A DNA stretch of 55,001 nucleotides, taken from contig NIVC01004210.1 of NCBI GenBank assembly GCA_002269645.1, positions 1 through 55,001 on the forward strand. Direction: 5' to 3'. Source of the DNA: Macrostomum lignano (taxonomy: Eukaryota). The translations under genes and the position numbers were made by a program. Below the pieces are notes generated by a model. That model saw only the letters and a program-made list of their open reading frames with translations. It was not told the origin of the DNA and ran no database searches. Positions 17,401-30,344 of the stretch are shown one piece after another. Position 1 is the stretch's first letter, and each line of letters opens with the position of its first letter.

Positions 17401-20400
17401 TTCATCACCGCCTGCCGACCGGAGTACGTTGTATGGAATGAGGACTCGGCCGACTACAATGGCAACTGGAGCAACCGGGTGTCAGCTATCCAATCCACCG
17501 GTTAGGCGGCATTCATGATTTGTTCCGCATCTGCATGTACCTATTGAGTCTGCCTCCCAAAGATGAGAACTACAATGGCAGAGGGATTAGGGACATAGTA
17601 ATAGAGAGGATAGAGAGAAAGACTAAGAAGGAAGGGAGACAAGGAAAGGAAAAAGGAGTGCGGTGAATCCTTAGACGTGACATAAACAAACAACCAAAGT
17701 GCCGACACAGCATGCAGTGGCGACTGTGGACAGACTGATTTAAACTTACTTCAAATTCTCTTTTTTGCCTGTGAGGATTATGCACAACGTGCCTTTTAGA
17801 TTTATAGTTCACTCATAGACTAAACAATGTACCTGACATGTTAACATGTAACAACCCCCCACCCCCACTGTCATTGGTACCCAGTTCTCACCTGTTTATC
17901 TGATGGTCTCAGTCTACACACGCACCTGAGGTCTGCACATCCCATTTCTATTATCTCGATCTAAATTGTGTGCCTCCACCTCTCTCATCTTCCGATTGCA
18001 GGAAGAAAAATCGAATTCAATTTCGATTTCGATTTGAATTGAAAAAATAATTTCGATCCATCTCTAAAACCTACCTCATTCCACACCACCACTCACCTCA
18101 CTCCACACCACCACTCACCTCACTCCACACCACCACTCACCTCACTCCACACCACCACTCGACTCACTCCACACCACCACTCACCACTCCACACCCTAAC
18201 CACCTCACTCCACACCCCAAACACCTCACTTCACACTCCAACCACCTCACTCCACACCCCAACCACCTCACTCCACACCCCAACCACCTCACTCCACACC
18301 CCAAACACCTCACTCCACACCCCAAACACCTCACTCCACACCCCAACCACCACCCCACGCCCGACTCACCCCGCTGTCTCTACAGCTCTATCCAGCACCC
18401 CCGCACGCAAATGGCATGGCCGCAACTGCTCACTAAAATACCCGCCCCCATCTCCCTCTTCTCCCCATCAGACGACTGGCTCGTATCCGCCTACCGATTC
18501 GAGAGCGCCCTCCGCATGTACGGCACCCCCTACTCTGGCCAGCTGGCCGTCTACGGCGGCGGCGGCTACGTGGCTTCGCTGGGCCGCAGCCGGGACCAAG
18601 CCGACACCCGCCTGGACCAGCTGCGGGCGTCGGGCTGGCTGGATCTGCGCACCCGGGCCGTATTTATCGAGTTCCTGCTGTACAATCCCAACACCAACCT
18701 TTACAGTTACTCGGGCTCAATTGTGGAATTCTTCACCGGCGGAGGCGCGATGTCGAAACTGTTGGTGTCGACTTTCTCGCTGAATCGATACGTTGGACCG
18801 ACGTCTGTTTTCTATTTGGCTCTGGATATTTCATCGCTAATCTGCATTCTAGTGTTCATCTATAGAGAGCTGTGCCAGCTGCACCAGAGAAAGTGCGCTT
18901 ATTTTAAGGTGCGACGTTCTTTCTTTGGCTTAATTACTCGAAACTCAGCATCGGTTCTTCAGCGTATCGAATCTTGAGCACGAGCATAAATGCCCTACTT
19001 TTTTACCCTTGATCTACTCACTCCTCCTCGTACTAATCAACTTTCAGAACGCTTTCGACGTCATGGACTTTTTATTCATAATCGTGGCTATTATTGAAGT
19101 CGCCATGTTCAGCATGAAGACAGCGGTTTCCAAGGTGATGGTCGGCCAGCTTGCCAGCGATGGAGAAAAACTGTTCAGCTTTGCTTGGTTGAATACTTGG
19201 CAGGAGGTGAGCGGTCTTGATGGGTTTTTATTGGCATGTTTCGACCAGGTGGGGCTTGGTTAAATTTGGGGTGGGTGTCAGTGGAGAGACTGGGGCTTGG
19301 TTCAATTAGGGGTGGGTGTCAGTGGAGAGACTGGGGCTTGGTTCAATTAGGGGTGGGTGTCAGTGGAGAGACTGGGGCTTGGTTCAATTAGGGGTGGGTG
19401 TCAGTGGAGAGACTAGGGCTTGGTTCAATTAGGGGTGGGTGTCAGTGGAGAGACTGGGGCTGGTTCAATTAGGGGTGGGTGTCAGTGGAGAGACTGGCGC
19501 TTGGTTCAATTAGGGGTGGGTGTCAGAGGAGAGACTGGGGCTTGGTTCAATTAGGGGTGGGTGTCAGTGGAGAGACTAGGGCTTGGTTCAATTAGGGGTG
19601 GGTGTCAGTGGAGAGACTAGGGCTTGGTTCAATTAGGGGTGGGTGTCAGTGGAGAGACTAGGGCTTGGTTCAATTAGGGGTGGGTGTCAGTAGAGAGACT
19701 GGGGCTTGGTTCAATTTGGGGTGGGTGTCAGTGGAGAGACTGGGGCTGGTTCAATTAGGGGTGGGTGTCAGTGGAGAGACTAGGGCTTGATACAATTTGG
19801 GGTGGGTGACAATGGAAAGACTGGGGCTTGGTTCACTCTTGAGTGGGAGCGAATAACTTATTTCTTACCTCCCTCCGCAGATGAGCCAGCTGTTCATCGG
19901 GCTCATAGTGTTTCTGTTCACCATCAGATTCCTGCGCATCCTGTCCTTCAACCGGAAGATAAACATGCTTGCCGAGGTGCTGCAGGAAGCAGCTAAACCG
20001 CTGCTGCACTTTATGTTCGTCTTCGCTATAATGGTGTTCGCCTTTGTCCAGCTGGGCTACTTGCTTTTCTACAAGACTGTGGACTCCTTCAGAACAGTGG
20101 TCACTTCGCTGGAGACACTGGGGATCATGACTTTGAGTGAGGGCGCACGATTTGTAAATAAACGGGCCTTTGATGACCGCCCCCAAATTTGACATTTTAT
20201 CCTTTGATGAGCCGCCACCCTTTTACCCTTTGTGATAAGCCGCCACCATTTTACCCTTTGATGAGCCGCCAGAATTTTACCCTTTGATGAACATCCACCC
20301 TTTTACCCTTTGATGAGCCACCACCCTTTTACCCTTTGATGAGCCGCCACTGCACTTTTACCCTTTGATGAGCCGCCACTGCACTTTTACCCTTTGATAA

Positions 20401-23214
20401 GCCGCCTCCCTTTTATTCTTTGATGAGCCGCCACCCTTTTATTATTTGATGAGCCGCCACCATTTTACCCTTTGATGAGCCGCCACTGCACTTTTACCCT
20501 TTGATGAGCCGCCACCCTTTTATATTTTGATGAGCCGCCACTGCACTTTTACCCTTTGATAAGCCGCCTCCCTTTTATTCTTTGATGAGCCGCCACCCTT
20601 TTATTCTTTGATGAGGCGCCACCCTTTTACCCTTTGATGAGCCACCACTGCACTTTTACCCTTTGATAAGCCGCCTCCCTTTAATTCTTTGATGAGCCGC
20701 CACCCTTTTATTTTTTTATGAGCCGCCACCCTTTTACCCTTTGATGAGCCGCCACCCTTTTACCCTTTGTGATAAGCCGCCACCATTTTACCCTTTGATG
20801 AGCCGCCAGAATTTTACCCTTTGATGAACATCCACCCTTTTACCCTTTGATGAGCCATCACCCTTTTACCCTTTGATGAGCCGCCACTGCACTTTTACCC
20901 TTTGATGAGCCGCCACTGCACTTTTACCCTTTGATGAGCCGCCACTGCACTTTTACCCTTTGATGAGCCGCCACCCTTTTATATTTTGATGAGCCGCCAC
21001 TGCACTTTTACCCTTTGATAAGCCGCCTCCCTTTTATTCTTTGATGAGCCGCCACCCTTTTATTCTTTGATGAGGCGCCACCCTTTTACCCTTTGATGAG
21101 CCACCACTGCACTTTTACCCTTTGATAAGCCGCCTCCCTTTTATTCTTTGATGAGCCGCCACCCTTTTATATTTTGATGAGCCGCCACTGCACTTTTACC
21201 CTCTGATAAGCCGCCTCCCTTTTATTCTTTGATGAGCCGCCACCCTTTTACCCTTTGATGAGCCGCCACCCTATTATCCTTATGAGCCGCCACCCTTTTA
21301 CTCTTTGATAAGCCGCCGCCACCCTTTTACCCTTTGATGAGGCGCCACCCATTTACCCTTTGATGAGCCACCACCCTTTTATCTTTGATCAGCCGCCATC
21401 CCCTCTATTATACAAGCCAATATAAAAGCCTCCAACTTGACTCTAAGAACGTAAAATGTCAAAATTTTTCGACCAACAGACAAGTTCGACTTCCGGAAGT
21501 TTGTATCCGGCGCCAGCGTGCTCGGTCCAATATTCTTCTTCATTTACATCCTCTTCGTTTCCTTCATCCTGATCAACTTCTTTGTTTCAATCATATCCGA
21601 GTCGTTCAAACGAGTCCGCCTGAACTGGGCCGCCACGTCCAACGAGTACGAAGTTATCGACTACCTGAAGGAGAAGCTGGGCGGTCTGGTCGGATGGGGC
21701 GCGCAATCCAGCGCCAGTGTCGATCGCCGGTTCCAGTACATCCAAGGTAAAACAACTGTTCTCAACAATGATTGGCTTGTTAACTTTACACTTGGGGACG
21801 CTAGCAAAGTTAAGCAACTTGGCCTCGGTTAGCACGTAGATGAATAGGTCATTATTTAACTCAGCCAGATACTGAACAAATGCATCGTACATGTATTTAA
21901 CTCAGCCACATACTGAACAAATGCATCGTACATGTATTTTGCTGAGCCACATACTGAACAAATGCATCGTACATGTATTTAACTCAGCCACATACTGAAC
22001 AAATGCATCGTACATGTATTTTGCTCAGCCACATACTGAACAAATGCATCGTACATGTATTTTGCTCAGCCACATACTGAACAAATGCATCGTACATGTA
22101 TTTAACTCAGCCACATACTGAACAAATGCATCGTACATGTATTTTGCTCAGCCCAGAGATAATAAACCAAGGGCTACTCAAGTCAAAGTACGGGAAACTA
22201 CTTTTCTTGGAAAATTTTAGGAAGCAAGTTTTACCAAAAAAGACATTACGAATATAGGAGATTTTCATTTTCAGCACAAGAATTGTTTTTGCTTTTGATA
22301 GGAGGCAGACCCAGTGTTCATATTTAGATAAGACTTGCCTTTATTACACTTTGTATCTCTATCGATATTCATAAAGCTTTTCGTTTATAAAATTAGGATT
22401 CTATGTAAATTTTATATTCTACGCACATGTCTTGTTGCTTAAAAGTTAAAAATAAAAATGGCACTGCTCATTGCATGGTTTTATGAATCAATTTTATCTT
22501 AGCTCAATGACTGCACCAAAATTGTAATGGAATGATAGATTTAGATTTAGGTTTCTAAAACCATGAGTCAATTTTTGCAATTTCATTTAATTTTTTATAC
22601 ATACGACATGTACGTGGGATATAAAATTTACATAGAATCCTGATTTCTAAACGAAAATCTTTATGAATACCAACAATAGAGCTATGAGAAAGGCAAGACA
22701 TATCAAAAGATGAACAATGGGTTGCCTCCTATCGAAAGCAAAAACAATTCTCTTGCTGAAAAATGCTAACCAACCTTCTAGAATTTTCTAAGATACGTAT
22801 ACTTTCCCGTCCTTCTACTTTAGCCGTCCTTGTACTCAGTCACGTGATATAAGTTGTACATGAGTGAGCTAAGTGTAGATCGGGATCAACTGTGGAAAAA
22901 AGCTGTGGTTTGGCAGCAGCTCTGAGCTGGAGTAATTTTTTTATTTCATTGCCATTTAATTTTTTGAGATCTAACTTCCGCGCTACTCTACTTGTTAGTA
23001 GGATATTGCAGAAAGTGCATGCTAAATAAAATCAAAGGCATTCCCGCTAACTGCAGACAAGCACGAGGAGCTTCGCGACGAGTCGGCGGAGGTCATCGCC
23101 GAAACGTTGGACCGATTGTTCGACCATCTCGGCCTGATGGATTTGACCACGGAGCCGGCCGCCGCGAACGCGAACCAAAAGCGGCGCATGGTGACTGCTG
23201 GAGACGACAACTGA
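14438..23214 (+). CDS. Polycystin-1 family (PKD1L/PKDREJ-like) 11-TM channel gene, 3' portion. Exons 14438-14978, 16093-16528, 16962-17500, 18472-18908, 19048-19206, 19881-20136, 21480-21746, 23057-23214
   Basis: DGHIWLSVVTRPPRSRFTRVQR, LPWW, QSILLVQPIK, YGGGGY..LG, WLDLRTRAVFIEF.LYNPN and LGPIFFFIY..INFF motifs. All seven introns are GT-AG with phases I checked to be compatible; stop TGA 23212-23214. The 5' exons (GPS/PLAT) are not in the window. Confidence 0.9.
15021..16027. repeat. 40-bp minisatellite (~25 copies), intronic
   Basis: Unit catgagactcactccagcacaatatcacgctctaaacacc. Confidence 0.95.
16581..16900. repeat. 24-bp minisatellite (~13 copies), intronic
   Basis: Unit atggtgagtggtatccagtgctca, near-perfect copies. 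Confidence 0.95.
18075..18352. repeat. CA-rich ~19-21-bp minisatellite, intronic
   Basis: cacctcactccacacc(cc/ac) units. Confidence 0.85.
19262..19835. repeat. 41-bp minisatellite (~14 copies), intronic
   Basis: Unit gtggagagactggggcttggttcaattaggggtgggtgtca. Confidence 0.95.
20195..21390. repeat. ~26-29-bp variant minisatellite, intronic
   Basis: Core ttttaccctttgatgagccgccac with recurring variant blocks. Confidence 0.95.
21853..22152. repeat. 41-bp minisatellite (~7 copies), intronic
   Basis: Unit tttaactcagccacatactgaacaaatgcatcgtacatgta. Confidence 0.93.
22169..22832. mobile_element. Fold-back / MITE-like element with long imperfect inverted arms
   Basis: 22250-22345 is the reverse complement of ~22688-22765 (aaaggcaag..tgcctcctatc.aaagcaaaaacaattct), and 22370-22435 pairs with 22600-22668 (ataaaatttacatagaatcct). 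Confidence 0.75.
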
Positions 23215-23734
23215 CTTATTGTTTAGGCAGGGAGAATTTTCGCTGAAAACTCATTTATTGGGATATAGGAAAAATACTGCTTACTAATACAAATTCCTCG
23301 GTTCTGTTTATATTGGTTTGGGAGATGTTTATCTATATCTGGTGTTCTGCAGGTGCCCGAAGTTTTAGCAGTATAGCTACTAAGATTTTATCTGACTAGG
23401 GTATGCAGCTAGTAGCTGTGTCCAAAGAGCTGCAATCAAAAATTTCACAGATTTGCAACGCGTCTATCGGGTGGGATAGGCCTACAAGTTATTCCTACCA
23501 GATTTCTTAGAAACTACATCGGAGGGCGAGATCTAATCAAACAAAAATGAACACAACTTTTCAAGGATTAAGAGATAATTAAACTCACAGAAAGCAAAAA
23601 ATGCTTGTAAACAATGCTACGAGCGTATTTATGAGCTGAGCTTTGAGAATGCTTCTTAGAATAGAGATTTTATTTGTCAAGGTGGGATGCAAATCAGTGC
23701 GTAAGGTTGGTGTCGAAATACTTAGTGAAGAGTG

Positions 23735-24195
23735 ACAGGGCGTGGGGTGGGTGTCAAAGTACTTATTAAGGAAAAACAGGGGATGGGGTAAGGTGTCAAA
23801 GTATTTAGTGAGGAGGGACAGGGCGTGAGGTGGGTGTCAAAGTACTTATTGAGGAGAAACAGGGGGTGGGGTAAGGTGTTAAAGTATTTAGTGAGGAGGG
23901 ACAGGGCGTGAGGTGGGTGTCAAAGTACTTAGTAAGGAGGGACAGGGCGTGAGGTGGGTGTCAAAGTACTTAGTGAGGAGAAACAGGGGGTGGGGTAAGG
24001 TGTCAAAGTATTTAGTGAGGAGGGACAGGGCGTGAGGTGGGTGCCAAAGTACTTAGTGAGGAGGGATAGGGCGTGAGGTGGGTGTCAAAATACTTGGTGA
24101 GGAGGGACTGCGCGTGAGGTGGGTGCCAAAGTACTTAGTGAGGAGGGGCAGGGCGTGAGGTGGGTGTCAAAGTACTTAGTGAGGAGGAACAGGAA
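23735..24195. repeat. 41-44-bp minisatellite
   Basis: Unit gggtgtcaaagtacttagtgaggagggacagggcgtgaggt, with variants. Confidence 0.9.
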
Positions 24196-24914
24196 GTGAG
24201 TGGGGGGCGTTGATGTAAATATTAGAGTTTAGCAAGATATATTTGGATTTAAGCGTATGACTGCAAGCTCAGCTAACAAATGAAGGTCAGAAGTATTTTT
24301 GCTACCAGCCAGTTTAAAGTAGATTTATTTAATAAAAAAGATAGGCAAGCCTGTGAACACCGCTTTAAAAGCAAAATTGGCAGTTGCAAAACTAGTAGTT
24401 AGTGTAATTTTTCGAGCACAGGCTTGCACACGAGCGCACACGCACAAGTCCTTAGTAAACTATAGACTATTCTGCCTCCTTAATAACACTGCTTATACTC
24501 TGTTCTCTCTTGGCTGGAGTGCGTGCTTTTAGACAGCTCAAACTTTCAGGCAAACTTTCAATTACTCGCTTATTTTCTCTATCTTTCTCTGAATAGAATA
24601 CGCCTCTTGCGACTTACTTCTATTACGCTAGCACTAGTGGATGCTTTACTGAATAAAGAATTATATATTTTTCTGCTACGATGTTTCAAAAATCTGTCTT
24701 TTAAAACTGCCTAGCTTAAGCTTAAAAAACAGAGTTTGTGCTTTTTAATCAAATACACCGGTAGTACCTGGCAAAGAGACGATTCTTCTCCTGTAGATTT
24801 TTCTCCACTGACTGGCATGACAACCGCGCAGTGTGTACGCTGCAGCTTGTTATTGTTTTCTAATTTTCGAGAAAGCCAAAAGTATAGTTGAAAAGATATA
24901 CGGCTCGTATATGA

Positions 24915-26000
24915 AGGAGAGTCAGAGACGGAAGGGTGACAGCGGAAGGAGAGTCAGACACAGAAGGGTGACAGCGGAAGAAGGAGAGTCAGAGAAGGAA
25001 GGGTGACAGCGGAAGGAGGAGAATCAGAGACGGAAGGGTGACAGCGGAAGGAGAGTCAGAGAAGGAAGGGTGACAGCGGAAGGAGGAGAATCAGAGACGG
25101 AAGGGTGACAGCGGAAGGAGAGTCAGAGACGGAAGGGTGACAGCGGAAGGAGAATCAGAGACGGAAGGGTGACAGCGGAAGGAGAGTCAGAGAAGGAAGG
25201 GTGACAGCGGAAGGAGGAGAATCAGAGAAGGAAGGGTGACAGCGGAAGGAGGAGAGTCAGAGACGGAAGGGTGAGAGCGGAAGGAGGAGAGTCAGAGAAG
25301 GGAGGGTGACAGCGGAAGGAGAGTCAGAGACGGAAGGGTGACAGCGGAAGGAGGAGAGTCAGAGACGGAAGGGTGAGAGCGGAAGGAGGAGAGTCAGAGA
25401 CGGAAGGGTGAGAGCGGAAGGAGGAGAGTCAGAGAAGGGAGGGTGACAGCGGAACGAGAGTCAGAGAAGGGAGGGTGACAGCGGAAGGAGAGTCAGAGAA
25501 GGGAGGGTGACAGCGGAAGGAGAGTCAGAGACGGAAGGGTGACAGCGGAAGGAGGAGAGTCAGAGACGGAAGGGTGAGAGCGGAAGGAGGAGAGTCAGAG
25601 ACGGAAGGGTGACAGCGGAAGGAGAGTCAGAGAAGGAAGGGTGACAGCGGAAGGAGGAGAATCAGAGAAGGAAGGGTGACAGCGGAAGGAGAATCAGAGA
25701 CGGAAGGGTGACAGCGGAAGGAGGAGAGTCAGAGACGGAAGGGTGAGAGCGGAAGGAGGAGAGTCAGAGACGGAAGGGTGAGAGCGGAAGGAGGAGAGTC
25801 AGAGACGGAAGGGTGAGAGCGGAAGGAGGAGAGTCAGAGACGGAAGGGCTGAGAGTGGAAGGAGGAGAGTCAGAGACGGAAGGGTGAGAGCGGAAGGAGG
25901 AGAGTCAGAGACGGAAGGGTGAGAGCGGAAGAAGGAGAGTCAGAGAAGGGAGGGTGACAGCGGAAGGAGGAGAGTCAGAGAAGGAAGGGTGAGAGCGGGA
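24915..26000. repeat. ~30-35-bp purine-rich minisatellite
   Basis: Unit gagagtcagagacggaagggtgacagcggaagga(gga). Confidence 0.95.
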
Positions 26001-26868
26001 GAAGTCAGAGAGGGTGGGGAGAGGTGGTTTACGCTCGTATAGGGAGAAATCAGATGGGAAATTAATAGGAGGCTGTGGGAAGAAGCCGGAACGGTGGATC
26101 AGAGCAGCTGCAAGCACAGAAGCGGGGAATCGGATAAAGAAAACGCAAGCCCGTTACTAATAGGAAACAAAAGCAGTCATGAAACGAGTGAGCCTATGCA
26201 ATACAAGCGAATAACATTAGCGTTAGGGCAATAAGGTGACTTCTGCTGCAGCGGCTTTACCTTATTTGCTTGTGTTCGGGATCAGAGACCCAGAGACACG
26301 CGGAGAGACAGGGGAGACAGACAGTCCGCGGATAGGGCACTCACTAATGAGTGAAAAAAAGGGAGGCAGGCAAACAGCCCTCAGTCTCCCAACCCCCCCT
26401 CCAAAGTCGGGTGAGGGGTTAGGCTGGGGGCAGCGGCTAAGAGTAGGCGACTCAAAAGAGAAAAGCTCGCTTGTGTCTTATCGGTCTCCCTAGAGTTGCT
26501 CTGTGTCTTCTATCTAGCCGAGCAAATGGCTGAAGCGCCGGCTAGTGGTCGCGAAATATGCCTTGTATCTCATCTTAGCTAATCCCAGTTTACTGCGCCT
26601 ACAGTTCTAGTACGGCACGATTTGTAGCTAAGGCCTAACTAACAGCTGGGATGGAAACTGCATCACACCAGACTGTGGGCTAGGAACCACAGATACCTCC
26701 CCCGCTGAAAGCAAAAGCTTCAAAGCGATTATTTGTTACTTTTTATTAGTCTGCTGTTTCGACTGATGTCAAAATGTCAGTTGTATAGGGGCGTCGCCGG
26801 TTGGGGGTTAAGCCAACACCAAGAATTCTAATGGAAAAGTTTGGGAGTCCGATTTGTTATTAGTACAT

Positions 26869-27615
26869 TCATTTTAGCGCCGCGGGCACTCATTTTAGCG
26901 CCGCAGGCATTCATTTTAGCGCCGCAGGCATTCATTTTAGCGCCGCAGGCACTCATTTTAGCGCCGCAGGCACTCATTTTAGCGCCGCAGGCACTCATTT
27001 TAGCACCACAGGCGCTCATTTTGGCACCGCAGGCACTCATTTTAGCGCCACAGGCACTCATTTTAGCACCACAGGCACTCATTTTAGCGCCGCAGGCACT
27101 CATTTTAGCACCACAGGCATTCATTTTAGCACCACAGGCACTCATTTTAGCGCCGCAGGCACTCATTTTGGCACCGCAGGCACTCATTTTAGCGCCGCAG
27201 GCACTCATTTTAGCACCACAGGCATTAATTTTAGCACCACAGGCACTCATTTTAGCGCCACAGGCACTCATTTTGGCACCGCAGGCACTCATTTTAGCGC
27301 CGCAGGCACTCATTTTAGCACCACAGGCATTCATTTTGGCACCGCAGGCACTCATTTTAGCACCACAGGCACTCATTTTAGCGCCACAGGCACTCATTTT
27401 GGCACCGCAGGCACTCATTTTAGCACCACAGGCATTCATTTTAGCGCCACAGGCACTCATTTTGGCACCGCAGGAACTCATTTTAGCACCACAGGCACTC
27501 ATTTTAGCGCCACAGGCACTCATTTTAGCGCCGCAGGCACTCATTTTAGCGCCACAGGCACTCATTTTAGCGCCACAGGCACTCATTTTAGCGCCGCAGG
27601 CACTCATTTTGGGGC
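26869..27615. repeat. 21-bp minisatellite (~35 copies)
   Basis: Unit tcattttagcgccgcaggcac; source of the spurious (ALILAPQ)n and (MSACGAK)n ORFs. Confidence 0.95.
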
Positions 27616-28304
27616 CACAAGCACTGATTTTACAGAACAGGTCACAGAACGTACTGCTTTGACCAGTCTGGGCACAGTTTCCAATCCGGATTTAAAGAGT
27701 TTCGAGGTCCATGGCGGCTCATGCCATACTAACATACCAAGCCTCGATAATTGGAGGGAAAAAGAGGGGGAGAAAATTTGGAAGGCTGAACTCGACTTGG
27801 GGAGGGATGGGGAAGGAAGGCGGCGGATCGACTTTGAGGGACTGAGAGAGCGAGAGAGAGAGAGAGAGAGAGAGCAAGAGAGGTGGTGGAAGAAGAAGTT
27901 CAAAGTCACTGTCGGCCAAGAAACACAGTTTATCGCTTGAAACCCGCCGGGGTAACGCAGTAAAAATTACTAAAAATACACGCGTAGCCCAAGACGTTTC
28001 AGACGCGACCTTCAAAAGGTATATCTAATGTTGCAAAAACGCAAAAACGAGGTAATTTTTACATTGAACGTTAATGTTCTATTTTTACTGCTGAAGCAGA
28101 AGGGTCACAACGGCTAACATTTCTCACCTTATGACCTACCTGATTTGAAAGCTTATCTACTCGTATAGGATGAAGTTTGCAACGAAAGAAGATTATTGAT
28201 AAAGACTAAAAGCGTGTAAACAAACAGCTGAAACAACTTGCTTTCTGGTTCAGTGGCGTAGTGTCACAATACCATAGACAGTGTCATTGATAACTATTCA
28301 GGCG

Positions 28305-28744
28305 AATATTTAGCGCCACTGTAGCCCCGAGGGCGAGAGTTTAGCGCCACTGTAGCCCCCTGAAGCGAGAGTTTAGCGCCACTGTAGCCCCCTAAAGCGA
28401 ATATTTAGCGCCACTGTAGCCCACCAGGGCGAGAGTTTAGCGCCACTGTAGCCCCCTAAAGCGAGAGTTTAGCGCCACTGTAGCCCCCGAGGGCGAGAGT
28501 TTAGCGCCACTGTAGCCCCCGAGGGCGAGAGTTTAGCGCCACTGTAGCCCCCTAAAGCGAGAGTTTAGCGCCACTGTAGCCCCCTAAAGCGAGAGTTTAG
28601 CGCCACTGTAGCCCCCTAAAGCGAGAGTTTAGCGCCACTGTAGCCCCCGAGGGCGAGAGTTTAGCGCCACTGTAGCCCCCGAGGGCGAGAGTTTAGCGCC
28701 ACTGTAGCCCCCGAGGGCGAGAGTTTAGCGCCACTGTAGCCCCT
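28305..28744. repeat. 28-bp minisatellite
   Basis: Unit tttagcgccactgtagcccccgagggcgagag and variants. Confidence 0.93.
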
Positions 28745-28745
28745 G

Positions 28746-29514
28746 GGGCCAATTTTATAAAGCCTTGATCATAGATAAAAATCTATGGAACCGTTGATTT
28801 TATCATGTGCCACTTTTATCAAGAAGTGATAAAACTTGTATCGCCCCACCATTGATGAAAAACTAGCGATAAAATCATACGATTTTCAATCCTGCTTGTG
28901 ACTAGGATAAGTCTTCATCATCATCATGGATTTTATTCAAATTTGGGATGTTGAGGACGAGGCGCACAACCGGGCTCCTCGAGTGTTCATTCCCCGCGAA
29001 TTTTTCGACGGCGAGACCGACTTTGTCCAGCGCTTCCGCCTCAATCGTGCATCCTCAAACGAGACGTCGCGCAAGTGTTGAAGCCATTCGCGTTTAGGAC
29101 GTCTAGAATTTTCTGCCAGGCTTCGTTCTTTCTTCTCGAACCGTCCGCGAAGTTGGCGAAGCTTCCAAAGATGATCTCCTTACGGTGAAGAATCTCCCGT
29201 AGCAGAAGTAGCTTTTGCTCTTTAGAAAATCTTTGCTTAGATTAATGTATGAATAAGATCGTTATAGGCAAAGATTTAGAGTAAAAGAGCTGTATGCAGA
29301 GCGGCGTTGGTACCACTTGACCAAATTAGACTGACGAGACGTCTATGGGAGAACTTTCAAATTTGGGACTAAATAAAGTTCTTTCCATTCATACCAACGC
29401 TGACTCAGTTTTCATCATGGCTTTATAAAATATGATTTCAATCGATTGATAACTGGTGGGCCATCTGCGATTTTTAACCATAGATTTTTTACCAAGGCGT
29501 TATAAAATTGGCCC
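28746..29514. mobile_element. Internally deleted PIF/Harbinger DNA transposon
   Basis: TIRs gggccaattttataa.gccttg (28746) and caagg.gttataaaattggccc (29514); CTG TSD on both sides. A + strand transposase N-terminus (MDFIQIW..RAPRVF..ETDFVQRFRLNR from 28926) is fused to a convergent - strand Myb/SANT fragment (KQRFSKEQKLLLL..IIFG..KNEAWQKI..LNANG, ~29235-29055). Confidence 0.88.
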
Positions 29515-30344
29515 CTGGGGGCGATTAAAAATAAAAAAATTGTACTCAAAGCGTGTGTGGGCATTGGTGCCTACCCTTCTAGCGTTTGATTCGGCCATAG
29601 ACACTTGGTGCTGATTTTAATCGAATTATTTACTTGCTTGTTTATAAACTTGCAGTAACGCGCGAATGCACTCGACAGCGGCTTATGTGTAAGACAGGGT
29701 AGACTTATTTTCTTAGTACTTACGAGCGTAGTAGGACAGCTTAGTCTATTACATATATACAATCTTAGCCAATTCTCACGATCTAACGAGCTACAGTGGA
29801 GTGGCTTCTATGCGCTGCAGTTTCTAATTTAAAAGAAAACGCAAGAGAAAAAAATCTGCACAGAGAGCGCCAGAGTCAGTCAAGCGAAAGATTTTGAGAC
29901 GCGCCTAGAGAGAGAGAGAGAGAGCTATACAGCTGGGTCTGTCGCATCAAATCTACAGCATGCCGGGTCTGACAGGCTGCTACCTGGGCTGGGAGTGACT
30001 GAGAGAGAGAGAGAGAGAAAGTGTGTTTGCTTCACTCGTGCCATATTGAAAGCATAACTGATTTTGTAGCTAGATTTCCGCATGCGATTCGTTTTGTATT
30101 TCATTCTCCCCTCCCCCAATTTCCCATTTCCCGTGATTGCAGCGTCCTTTTATAATGGATTCATAGCTAATTGCATAACTATTTTTAATGTTTAGCATTT
30201 TGCATGATTAAACAATGAGAAAATGAAATTAGTGGCTGTTAAACCATGAGAAAATGAAATTAGTGATTGTGAAGCGTATGAGCTCGTAAGAGGCTGTGAA
30301 AAAATGAAAAGGTCTCTTCTCTGTCTCTTAGACGTGCACCCCGG

